Part shown: piece by piece, positions 44,901-57,500 of the stretch
Position numbering within the stretch: the first letter of the stretch is position 1
Layout of the letters: every line of letters begins with the position of its first letter
NCBI RefSeq assembly: GCF_964355755.1
Contig: NC_092675.1
Location: forward strand, 7,063,812-7,127,811
Direction: 5' to 3'
DNA: 64,000 bases
Source of the DNA: Antedon mediterranea
Lineage: Eukaryota > Animalia > Echinodermata
Position numbers and translations under genes: made by a program
The notes under the pieces: model-generated
What the model saw: the letters and a program-made list of their open reading frames with translations, nothing else
Database searches by the model: none
What the model was told of the DNA's origin: nothing

Positions 44901-47211
44901 TCCATTGTAAATTCAATCCAGGTATGATGTCCCCTCCTTATTCTTGCCAACATTTATAGTTATACCCATGCCATCTGGGAGTATACTCAACCGTTCATAT
45001 ACAGTAATATTCCATTAATAATCTGTGGAAAGAAGTGAAAGTATTTACTCGTAAAATAAAATAACGAAAGTGATGGTACAAATTATAAAATAAAACATTC
45101 TTTTTTACCATGTCAGCAGTTATAAATCAATATATCACCATTTGTTTTTATAATTTTAAAATAAAAAATATAAAAATTAATACAAAATTAGAAGACAGTA
45201 AATCCCTTTTACCATTAGCGAATTTGAAAATAAACCCATTTGTTGTTATTGCCTTTTCTAAGCTTAAATCTTCAATACAGTTTTTATCAAAATATAATTA
45301 CTGCAATGTATTGTGTGTGTACTTTTGTACATGTTTAATATCCATGGTATCTTTACAGTGAAAACTTCAAATTGTATTTTATAGAGTCACTATACAGTAT
45401 GTGCGTGATACTTAATTTAGTATGTTTGTATTTGTAATGTAAATGAGAGAATTGAAGGTACAGTAGATGATACCTTCAAAGAAAAAAAAGAAACCCATGA
45501 TTGTAAACTGAAGCTAAAATATATTAAACAGGATTTTTGAAACTGTACCTTTAAAAAGCTAATCCTATTCATCAGTAAAAAACTGAATCATGACTGATTT
45601 TTTTAAAAAGTGAGAAATATTATTAAAAATATGGTAGGCATTTTAGAAAAAAGATTAAGTTAGATTTAAAGAATATTTGAGGGCAACATTTAAATCTATT
45701 TAGGCCATTTGTCGATATTTTAACAGTCTAAAAGCAAACTAAAACAAGCTTAGTGACATCATTCAAGCACGAACTACAACAAAACAGTTATTTTATATTG
45801 TGGAATGTACTAAACCCATTAGATAGCTGTAACTGTAACCAGTGATCTAGAAATGTTTTCTTTGTCAATGTACATTATCATCAAAAAGTACTGATTAAAG
45901 TACTGAAATAGTGACCAGCCTACCTTTGTGTCCTAAGATAACAGCAAGGTGAAGGGGTGTGTTACCTGAATAAAAAATTAAACAAAAAATATATATACAG
46001 TATAGTTAGGCCTAGATAATATTTAATTAATAATTTCAACTCAATTTTATGGTACTGTAAATAGTTTGTTTGTTAGTTAGTTTGTAAATATACAAATGTA
46101 ATATTTGCCTAGATTTACTTAGATTAGGAGATGGGCTAGTTTAATCATGAAGGAAAAAATACATTTATTTTTTCCTCCATGGTTCAATCAATTATTTGTC
46201 AAGAAGAAACATCCACAAACAAAACGAATAGGCTAGCCTACTAGGCCTACACAATAAAATATAACTTTTAAAAATATCAGGTTAAATATAGTTAAGTTAA
46301 TTAGTACCCACATGTCATTCCGAGGGCGTGTGGCGCAGTGTGTTGGACGTTGGACTACCGATCGTCAGACCTAGGTTCGAATCCAACTCTCGCCGCATTG
46401 CTTGTATCCGTAGGCAAGATACTTTACTTACGTTGCCTCTCTCCACCCAGGTGTATAAATGGGTACCCAGTAAGATCTAGACACAACTTTGCGCTGGTTA
46501 CCGGCTGCATTATGGGAGTATGTTTCCATACGTGTTTGATCCCAAAAAATACTGGGGTAATAATTTTCAGTACTTAGAGGTTTCACAACATTAGGCGCTA
46601 TATAAATCCAGGATATTATTATTATTATTATTAATAATAAAAATAATATTTATCCACTATGAATACAAATTGGATAGAAAAAAATGTATTTACCTAAAAA
46701 AAAAACTGTACTTTATTTCAAAGCAAAAAATTTTCCCCATAGGCTGCCAACCAATGTAAAGCGCCTTTGTTGAATTTGAGCATGAGTACTCATGAAAAAG
46801 GCGCTAGGCCTATATAAATGTGGTATTATTATATTATTATATTCTACAATTTCCTAGTCTTAGTGGGTCCTACATAGACTTATACGTCGACTGTTTATCA
46901 TACCTACTACGATTTATACGATTCAGCCTAACTAGGCCTAGTAGTATTAGAATAGGTACTCGGGGTGGTTAGGACGCCAGTGTAGCCAGCAAGCCCAGCA
47001 GCGAGATGCTTAGGCTAGGCCTAGCCCTAGGCTAAAGAACACACATAAAAAAGCACATATTGATCAATATTTAAGGTAAGAAGTATATACTACCATGCAC
47101 ATCTTTTTCTGCGGGATCATACTGTCGTAACAGACCAGATAATCTTCGAATATCATCATCAAAAACACATTCATGAAGAGGGTACCTGTTCGTTATATCA
47201 TCAGCCATCAT
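38942..47211 (-). CDS. ANKRD13C: Ankyrin repeat domain-containing protein 13C, about 436 aa. Exons 47211-47094, 45965-45924, 44232-44128, 43257-43126, 42581-42367, 41778-41579, 40974-40884, 40484-40341, 39804-39675, 39075-38942
   Basis: YPLHECVF, GNTPLHLAV, GWTPLSEALSYGD, LELKWDFQSWVPLVSRILPSD, IRVDTTL, LPPGFPVKLDIPV. C-terminus YKEDPYRFPDL with no UIM tail, as in the 13C subfamily. Confidence 0.92.
39370..39663 (+). mobile_element. tRNA-derived SINE (CORE-like domain, L2-type tail)
   Basis: gagggtgtgtggcgcagtg head; tgtatccttaggcaagacacttta...ccacccaggtgtataaaatgggtacc; (ATT)n tail. Confidence 0.75.
43406..43766 (+). repeat. 5'-truncated SINE plus flank, duplicated with 46410-46756
   Basis: Near-identical sequence extends about 130 bp beyond the SINE (ATT)n tail in both copies. 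Confidence 0.75.
44620..44897. repeat. ~280-bp near-perfect palindrome (arms about 127 bp)
   Basis: ttattttaaagttctattttgacgaacc...cgctcaccgtagg pairs with cctaatggtgagtg...ggtttgtcaaaatagaacttcaaaataa. Confidence 0.85.
46322..46632 (+). mobile_element. Full-length tRNA-derived SINE (CORE-like domain, L2-type tail)
   Basis: A box tggcgcagtg, B box ggttcgaatcc, aggcgctatataaatcc(att)n tail. Confidence 0.8.
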
Positions 47212-48148
47212 TAAATAAAATAATATTTTTTTTTTTTTTTTTCAATTTCCGTGAATGCTGCCCTCTGTTGACATATCATATCCACCATCACCACCAGCAA
47301 AACAAGTGTATACACATTGTTACCCTTTGTTTTTGTTTCTCCAGCAAAAATGAAAAACTTGATAAAATGTACATACGGTATGTCACCAAAGATGGGGAAC
47401 AATGTAAAGTACTATAAATTTCGAAAGGGCAAACTTCGACTAAATTTTTAGAAAAGAAGATTGAACCCTTGACACTATGATTATAAAACGGTATTCTACA
47501 CTCAGTTGTATAAAGTGCAATTTTGTTTTTGGTCTATAGTATGGTACAGTAGTTAACGAAATTGGATTTATGTAAACTCCACGTTTGTTCACAAACAACA
47601 AAATGTTAGGATTATATATCGCTACAAAATAAAGTTCCCTCTTCAAACTGTTTTTAAAGTGTCATTGATGTTTTAAACATGTCATTTGTCTTTTATCAAT
47701 TGCCTCAACTCAAAGATAGGACACTGAATAGATTAACAATTGAAATGTAGACCTGTTGAAGAAATTAATGTTCATTGTTTTTGTTCCTTTCTAGTCAATG
47801 TTTTGTGTAATTAAGAAACGGCAGTTAGTTGTTAGTCGACAATTACTATTATTTATTTATTTTGTCTTTATACTGAATGACACCTCAGTGCTAAAGCTTT
47901 GATTTGCAAAGTGGTTCAGAGTAGAGAAAAAGTAGAGACTACCTGGAATAATATTAAAAACACTAATTTAAAGACTTAAAGTGTCCTTAAAACATGAACC
48001 AAAATATAAATATTATAATGAGACGGCAAAGCAACAAAATCAATAGTAGGCCTATTTTAAACAAGCAAATCTTTTATTTGTCAAACCCTTCAAATATGGG
48101 TCTACATACACTAAACTGCTAATGCTTGGTCTGCATGATAGCAGACTG

Positions 48149-48272
48149 CTATCATGCAGGCCAAGCATCATGCCTATCATGCAGGCCAAGCATCATGCCT
48201 ATCATGCAGGCCAAGCATCATGCCTATCATGCAGGCCAAGCATCATGCCTATCATGCAGGCCAAGCATCATG
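48149..48272. repeat. 25-bp minisatellite (atcatgcaggccaagcatcatgcct) x5
   Basis: Perfect tandem units. Confidence 0.9.
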
Positions 48273-48573
48273 AATCGAAGTAGTATACAATTTATGATAT
48301 CGTATGACACCACAACAAAACTCCTTCATATTCCTCTATATAACCGTCCCCATTGACTCTCTCCATTCAAACAAGAGTTTATTTATATAATACTTATGGG
48401 TATAGTTTTAGGAATTAACCATTTCACTATTATAACATCACAGCATATAATAGTGTGAGATTTAACTAATGAGTCTGCATAGTCACAAGCCATGCCCCCA
48501 CAAGATAATGCTGCTTTTCATCCAAGGAATGGCAGATCACCTTAAAAATGAACACCTAACGTAATACTATGCT

Positions 48574-51500
48574 TTAACCGTAATTTGTATAGTCGCCAGT
48601 CGCTCTTCCTGTAAAGATGCCTGTTACAGGGTAGATCTTCATTTCAATCGTCTTTAAAGGAGATCTATCATTTTTCCATGTGTACCAGTAGATGACGTCA
48701 TTGGGGTAATACGTACTTCGTGCATGGCCACTGAAATATTTTCCATTAGGATTTGTATTCCCACACAATCCTCCTTTACTGAACCACCATCCGGCTTTTC
48801 TGGTACCAACACAGCTGCTATAACTGAATTGAAAAAAAAATTAAAATTAAAAATAAAATCGATAGGCGAGTAAAATTGGTTTCGTTAAAAATGTCACCTA
48901 CAACTAGCCAATTCAATCTTGGTCAAAGACGACATTAGAAGATTCAAGGGGTTAATTTTACGTCGTGTATTTTCTATATCTTAAAATCAATATTGATGAT
49001 GATATAAATTACTAATTGTGTGTGTGTGTTACTTTACCTGTAACCAGCATTAAGCCTATCCTTGGTACTGAATGGCTGATCTACGTTTGAGTTGCCATCG
49101 AACGTAAGTGGATCTGATTCGCCCATAGAATCCCCAGCATCTCCTCCAACAAAATCACCAAGACGAAGACAGTACGGACACTCATGGCTAAACCAAAGAA
49201 TTGAAAATATTATTCAGATGGTTTGGCTTACCCTGACTGTATTGAATGTTAAGTACACTGAGATCACTTTGCGAAAATCAAAATGTTCTTTCACATGGAG
49301 CTATAACATGATATCCTACATGCTCTCCCCTTAGCATTAAGTAAAATGACGTGTATAAGCCATCTTATGTTTAACTTCCTGACTCTGACACGCAAAACAT
49401 CAAAACAATAATCATCATTGTTTGTAATATTACTGTAGTTGTTTTAAGCATTGAAGATACCGTTGGGCTATGGCAATTATTGCAGCCTCATGCTCTCACC
49501 TACTGAGCATGCTATAAAGAACTGAATTAAATCATGCTGTAAACTTTAAAACAGGCGTGCGTCACGTTTGTAATACAGTATAACTTAAACAAGGCCAACA
49601 GCCATTAAGTCGCGTGCTACAATGCATAGTGATACCGGACCGACAGACAGACCGACAGACCAACAGACCAACAGACCGACAGACAGACCGACCGACCGAC
49701 ATAGTGAACTATACTGACCGAAATACTGAACATGTTTAAAAATGTTGAAATGTTTAAAAACATTTATATTTTTTTAATTTACACGTGCGTAGCCTGTCAC
49801 TTTTGACGTGCTCGTATAACGTAATTTCGAGTTGAAAAGTAAGTAAAAAAAACAGAAATCGGGCAAAAAGAGTGCCCAATAACATTTAACGCGCAGTGCG
49901 CGCGCAAAAATATGCGCACTCATGGCAATTTTGTAAACGCTTAAAATTGCCTGAAACGTACTCTTATTTCATCGAAAATAAATTTTGAAAATTTTACATG
50001 CGTTACATGCGCTACGCACGTAATTGTATTGCCATATGATGATTTATGCCCTGAAATTTATGAGTACCAAATTTTATTTAATTGTGATTCATGGTTGTGA
50101 AGATATGATTACAAACGTGATTTCGTTAAATCGTGCGTAGACCGCGTAATTTTTTATTGCGCACCGTGAAAACATAACCACATTGATTCCTGGCCATAAG
50201 GAATATACTGTGAAAAATTGACCTAGCTAGATTAGACTGATATCAAGATAAGGTCAGAAAGCGATAAAACGCATAGTGATACCGGACCGACAGACCGACA
50301 GACCGACCGACCGACCGACATAGTGAACTATAGAGTCGCTTCCACGCGACTAAAAATAGAGAGATAAATTGTAGTTAGTATGATTCAATACAGTTTCTAA
50401 CCTTGCACTTTCCACCCTGAAACTCTCGTATATAGCATGTGCTGATTTTCCATTGAAATCTGTCATATCAATTCGTAGACGATACGCTTTGGTGTTCGTT
50501 AGGAGATAGATCTTCTTCAAGCCTAACCAAAAATTAGCATCTAGATCACCAAATCCCTCTTCGTACTCAACCCAATTCTAAAGGTAAAAACAAATTATTA
50601 TGTTTTATGTAAGATAAGATTGTTGTAATTTGAAAAAAATGATATTGTCAAAATGGTGAAAGTTTTAAACATTCGTAGCATCTACGTTGATTGGTCCAGG
50701 GAAGGTACCAGCCAAGTAATCAAACCCTTCCTTTTTGGTTAGTCTAAGTACCGACCACTAAAATTCCACATGGACAACTATATTAATCTATGGATATTCA
50801 TTTGAGCAATACAAGAATGGGAACATTTGGAACGATGATACGACGAATGGATTATAACGGATAATTAAATAATTCTGGTACAGATATTTGGAAAGCCAAA
50901 CATTTACCACAAATAAAGATATTAATCGAAAAGATTGACTTATGCTTACTAACAGTGTATCACATCTCAGACCAGAATGCAGTATTTCATTTGTAAACTC
51001 ATTCAAGTATGACACAATAACAATATGCCTACCTTGTAGAAATCAACATCATCGTCTTCTCTTCGCTGGATTACTGTCCAACCACCGCCATCTGTATCCA
51101 TGTCACAGTAAGCTTGGAATCTTGACGAAGACGGGCCTATTTCATATACACCACTTTCTACATCATTGTTATCATCATCATTATTATCATCACCGTCTAC
51201 ATAGTCAATACGCGTAGATCGGAAAGCACTACAGTCAAATGTTTCTTGTGGTGTGCCGGTGTCTTGCCCTCTTGTTTCGCCTTTGTAAAGAAACGCGAAA
51301 TACTGTCATCATAATAAATCCACGTTATTTTCTATTATCGTTTCTTAAAAATAAAATCACATGTTGCGTTTTGATTATAATTACACTACACTTCTTCACA
51401 AACAAGTATGCAAATTGATCACTATTGTCCACCTTTTTTGTTTGTTTTATCTTTATACTGAAATTCCTTATTGAAAAAATCTGATCGTCAATAAGTACTA

Positions 51501-54500
51501 TAGTGTGCTTGAATATCCGCTTTCTTTATACACGTTGATGTTACTAAGTATAAGTACGAATAAATAATAATAAATAAAGTACGAATGTTAACCACAATCA
51601 CGACCGTACTATTTCTAAGAACATTACCATATGTAGCGAATGCATCACCAGGTTCGAATTCTTCTTCTACGTCATCTTCAGTATCCCCATCACCATCGTC
51701 ATCATCATTATCAAGGCCAGCATATAAAGCACATCGTACTGACGCTGCCTCGCCTTCTCGGCAGTTTGTTCTTCCCAGTCCACTACTTGGACACGAAAAG
51801 ATAGAACTCTCAGTTCCTCTGCAACCCAAATCATCTAAAATGTATTTTCCAGATCCTGAACCAAAATGAGATCTTGTCAGAGCTTCTTGTGCAACTTCAA
51901 AGTTGAGTTGTCTGCAAGCAACAGTTGCATCCTATGAAATTGAAATTAGAGAAACAATCCTCAAACATACTTTTTGAGGATTTATATGATTTTTTAAAAG
52001 AAACTCAATTAAGGAACTGACCGACATAAACGGAAGTAAGTTCAAATAATTATAATTCGTTGTGACAACTGATGAAGGATTATCAAACACCCACAACTAA
52101 AATCTTTAACGCAGTTTTATATAGCGTCTGTTTTATATTGTACATGTGTTAATAAACATTTTATTCCATATATTACCTTCAAGTCAAAGTAATCGTCACA
52201 AACAAGAAGCCAATCTCCGTTTGGGTTCCTGGCTTCTAGTCGTCCCTCATAGTAAGCATTTCCATTAACCAGACGAACAGTTGATGTTTCGTACATACTT
52301 TCTGTTTTAAAAACAAAAGAACATTTCTTATTTACCTACGGCAAAATAAGGTAAATAATAAGTTGTTGCATTTTGATTGCACTTTTACGAACATTTGTCA
52401 ACTTTGGTCATTTTCCGAACCTTTGTTAAAATTTCTCATTCTTTTTGTTACCTTGGCACAGTTTCTGAACCTTTGTTAAAATTGCTCATTCTCTGAACCT
52501 TTGTTACCTTGGCTCAGTTTCTGCACCTTTGTTATAACTTTGGTCATTTTCCAAACCTTTGTTCTTGGCTCATTTTCTAAACCTTTGTTAAAATTGCTCA
52601 TTTTGCGAACCTTTGTTACATTGGCCCAGTTTCTGCACCTTTGTTATAATTGGTCATGTTGCGATTTTCCGAACCATTTTTTGCTTTTGCTCTCCGAACC
52701 TGTATTGCCTTTCCTGCTGCAGTTTTATCGTGGTATAAATTGCTTAGCGATCTCTATTTGTTATAAAACAACGTTTCATAAATGTATTAACGAATTAGAC
52801 AGTATTTATAGATTATCATTACCTGCAAAGCATTTTCCAAGCATCTATATATAAATTTACGTAAGGGCAAAATTCGGTAAATCGCGCCTTACTTCTAGAA
52901 TTTTTACTCGATGGTATATAAAGTTGGTTCGTACTTTCGGTACTGATTTTAACCACCTGATGTAACCCTGTTTACTAATTAAATTAAGTTAGATAATAAG
53001 TTATTGACGGTTAAAACGAATTTAGGTTCCAAGATTTGCCCCAAATAGGGGTGTTTTCCGACCGTGGTATACACTGTATAATGGATGTCCGTCTTGAAAA
53101 ATACCCGCCACAAAAATGCGAGGAGGCTTCGCATTTTCCTATCTCCTCCTACGATAATTGTTTTTAATAGCTGAAAACCGGTTGAACAGTTCGAGTACAG
53201 CATCATAATGTTGAAGACAGGCCGATTTTCTTTAAAAAATACTATTTTGATACATTTAATATACGTTTTTACAAATGTATTGATTTGTGATGAATGGAAC
53301 ATTCCAAATTATTTGGTTTAACCATACAGGTATAGATTTAGATTTATGGGCCCCCTTGGAGAATAAACATAAATAGTATTGCAATGCTGTACAATACTGT
53401 TAAGGTATTAACCACTTTTGATCGCAATTTGAATCGCAAATGTCTTACTGTGAGTGTTGGTACTGTTAGATGTAATATAAAAATATATACAAATAAACTT
53501 TATTACTGTGAGTGTGGGTAGGCCCTACTGTTAGATTATAAACATATAATATACAAATAAACATTCCAAATTATTTGGTTTAACCATAGAGGTATAGATT
53601 TAGATTTATGGGCGGGCCCCCTTGGAGAATAAACATAAATAGTATTGCAATGCTGTACAATACTGTTAAGGTATTAACCACTTTTGATCGCAATTTGAAT
53701 CGCAAATTTCTTACTGTGAGTGTTGGTACTGTTAGATGTAATATAAAAATATATACAAATAAACTTTATTACTGTGAGTGGTAGGCCCTACTGTTAGATT
53801 ATAAACATATAATATACAAATAAACATTCCAAATTATTTGGTTTAACCATAGAGGTATAGATTTAGATTTATGGGCCCCCTTGGAGAATAAACATAAATA
53901 GTATTGCAATGCTGTACAATACTGTTAAGGTATTAACCACTTTTGATCGCAATTTGAATCGCAAATTTCTTACTGTGAGTGTTGGTACTGTTAGATGTAA
54001 TATAAAAATATATACAAATAAACTTTATTACTGTGAGTGGTAGGCCCTACTGTTAGATTATAAACATATAATATACAAATAAATAAACGTTATTACTGAC
54101 AGTTGCTTCTCAACGTTTGTATTAATTAATAATTTAAAAATATATAAACGTCGTAGTGGTGTATCGTAACACATGTACTTTACTATTTCAATCGACTATG
54201 ACAGTGACAGTTCTAACAAAGTACCGTATTAAATCGCAAATGTTTTACTGTATTTAGTGGTATATTATTTATAGGCCTATAAAACATTAAAAACAATATT
54301 TCGTTACTGAGTGGATAAGAATATATTTTAAAATGTTTCCTCTTTGTACCTATCTTCTTCCCCCATCCCTCAACCCTTAATGTTACATACAAAACACAAA
54401 TTGGGTTTTTTTAAATGAGTCCAAATAAAAAAATTTGACTCATTTTGTTTCTCTCTCGGAAGTAATTCCCAGGGTGCTAATTTTGGTTGACTACATAAAT

Positions 54501-57500
54501 CATTGTGTATATTTATTCGTTTCTGTAAACGACAATGTATTATAGTCCTGCGGTACGTACATTTGAAATCTCCATTTTTTTCTCGCTGGAAATACTGTGT
54601 ATTCGAGAACCATCTGTGGGCACGACCTAGATGGTACGCGAGCGAAGCGAGCGTGCCATCTAGTAGTGTACTATTTACTTTGTCTGTTTGTTTTCACGAT
54701 GGCGACCACAATTTACATCGTTCCAATTTTTATTAGGAGAATCGCTATATTGATGAATTAAGTCGTATATACATTCTCATATTATGACATATGACAGCAT
54801 TTTACAAGTTTAATTTAATACCCTTTTAACCATTTTTTATGTTTCGCAACTTTTAAATTATTGCTTGGCAAAATACATATTATTAATTAATTAATTATTA
54901 ATACATATTACTCCTGCTTTGCTTCTCCTTTGGGAGGTTTATTTGAAAATAAATACATTACCTTGATCTTTGTCTAAGGTACACATGAATCCATGTTTAC
55001 CCATGTTTAGACATTGTGATGGAATAAATTGGTAGCGCAAGATATCAATCAGAATGTCCTCTTGCGATGTTCCTTTTTCATTTAGCGGAGGACCGATGAC
55101 ATAGAGTTCTTTTGTGACTGCTTCAAGACAGGAAGTATACTCCTCAGTAATTATTGATTTAGAAGCGCATGCACAGTCCATGCCTATATTTCTATCCAGC
55201 CAATTTCGCCAACATGTTCTGTAAACAAATTTGTAAACAAAATTGATCGGCAGATAAACATTATGACAATAATTATTAATACATTTATCCGATTATGAAA
55301 CGGACTTGGTCTGAACATTGCCAGCTGTCGCACAGCGCAACACTAAATTGTAAAAGTCATTTAACAATTATTCGAAAAGAGTGAGGCAATTATAGCGATG
55401 AAGATTTATATTTCAATTCCAATCAAGCCAAATTTATGCTCATCTTCAGGAGTTAATTGTATTTTACAGTAGGCCCTATGCCTTCTGAATAATGGAAGTG
55501 GAATGGCTAAGTAATGGCATACATCATTAGAAAGAAAGGAATGAGGAGCCTACCTTTTCTCTTCAAGAGAGGCTGACTGGGTGTGACACTGGGCATATAT
55601 TGAGTTGATAGAATATGCCACCATTGCAGTAGTTGAATCTTCTTCACAACAACAACAAAGTCTAAAACATTCTGTGTTAACGCGAAGACATTCCATCATA
55701 CATGTTTGAGCTGTATCGCAGTTATCAAATGCTTCTCGGCGACTTCTACCATTTATCTTACAAACACCAACTTGTTTTGGCTTAGAGCTATCAAGATTTT
55801 TATCAACGATATTCCGAATCACATAAAAGGTTTTAATATCAGCAGTGGTCATTTTAGGACGCCACTCGTCGATTTGCACATCGGGAAAATAATAATCTGA
55901 TTTGCCAATCGTGGTATACGCTACTGACACTCCTGCTGATGAAAATACTCCTGACGTAGGCCTAAAGGTGTCGATAATTTCCCTTGAACAGTATTTACAT
56001 GGAAATATCCACGTGTAAATAAGAACTTCTGGTATCCATGTTGCGCTATACTCACGTGCAAACTCGTTTTTCAAAGCTGTTAAATAATGACGCATTATAC
56101 CATGCTCAGAATGTTGCCAGTTTCCGTCTGCTGGGTCACGACCTCCGACATTTCTCTGACTAGCAGACTTTAGATTGTGAACAACGTAGTTGCCTACCGT
56201 AGCACGATTGGGACTAGCAGTGGTTTTGTCAGCGATTAATATACGTTCCCTTCCATACAGTTTGTTGTTACGTTCACTTGTCCGCCAGGCATACAAATAA
56301 TTCTTAGGATTACGGATCCAGGCGTTGCGATTATCAGGGTCCAAAAGAAGAAAAACGGCAAATTGGGCATGATTTTCTTTTCTTGAGTTCTTAAATTCAG
56401 CGTGGATTTTGGTGTAGAAGTCGAAATAATAGTCGGATATAGCTGAGAATAAAACAAATACAATTACAATATTAACACTTCCAACTTCGACGTAACGCTA
56501 CAAATTGACAAAATCAAGCGACAATTTGCATCATCATCGCATCGTGATTGATCAAATCACTTATTTTTCTAATACATTTAAAGGTGGAGACAACCATTCT
56601 GTTATTTTTTAAATTTATTTAGTACCGGTAATGGTGTTAATGGTTTTAGATTTATATAGCGCAAAATACAAATAGTCTCTATGCGCTATTTAGCACAAGT
56701 GTGAAAATGAAAATGTTGATGTAAAATAAACCACGAAATAGGCTAAGAAAACCGAATAAATTGACCAAGACAAAAGTAAAAAAAGTCCTAAAACGGAATC
56801 TCACATCACAACACTGTTTCACTAACTTGTCAAGACAAACTAGCTATTTATTCACAAGTGTCATAGTGATGTGAGCATCTGACTGTCCTACCTAACAAAC
56901 AATAAAATGAATAAAATGTATATGAAAAAATAACGAATTCACACAGAACGAATCAAGAGCTTTGAAGATCGAAACGGAGGGAGAATCACAAATGACCAAA
57001 GGCAAAGAGTTCCACAATTTTGGACCAGCGACCACGAAAGATCGATCCCCACATGACTTCAATTATACCGTAGATACCGTAATTCCGATAATTATTTTAA
57101 AATATAATCTAATAGGCCTACAATTGTTTATGTAGCATCGATATCATAGAATACCGTATAATTCTTATATATCTATAAATTAAGTCTTTGGTTATTTAGG
57201 TTAATTGCTACAAAACGCACACAAATAAGAAAATAGAACTTACTTACTACTCCAGTTTGGATATTATGTCCATACTCTGGCGCTTCTAATCTGTCTACTA
57301 ACCGCTTATCTTGTGTTGATAAGTCACTTGCATATTTTATAGATTGATCATGGAATGTAAAATATACACAGACCCTGGGTGAGTTCCACTGCCAAGAAAA
57401 CGCCTTTAAACGTCTTTGAAGTTGAGTAACAACCTCCTCAGAATTTGGTATATATTGTGTATACAACATTACGTCTGGATAATCTCCCCTTTGCCATTCT

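Noticed and set aside
48126-48356. 76-aa ORF
   Set aside because: Translation of a 25-bp minisatellite.
56236-56463. 75-aa ORF overlapping the start of the deaminase exon
   Set aside because: Wrong frame. The phase-1 splice from 57244 selects the frame [11 protein letters not shown]...[11 protein letters not shown], which is homologous to domain 1.
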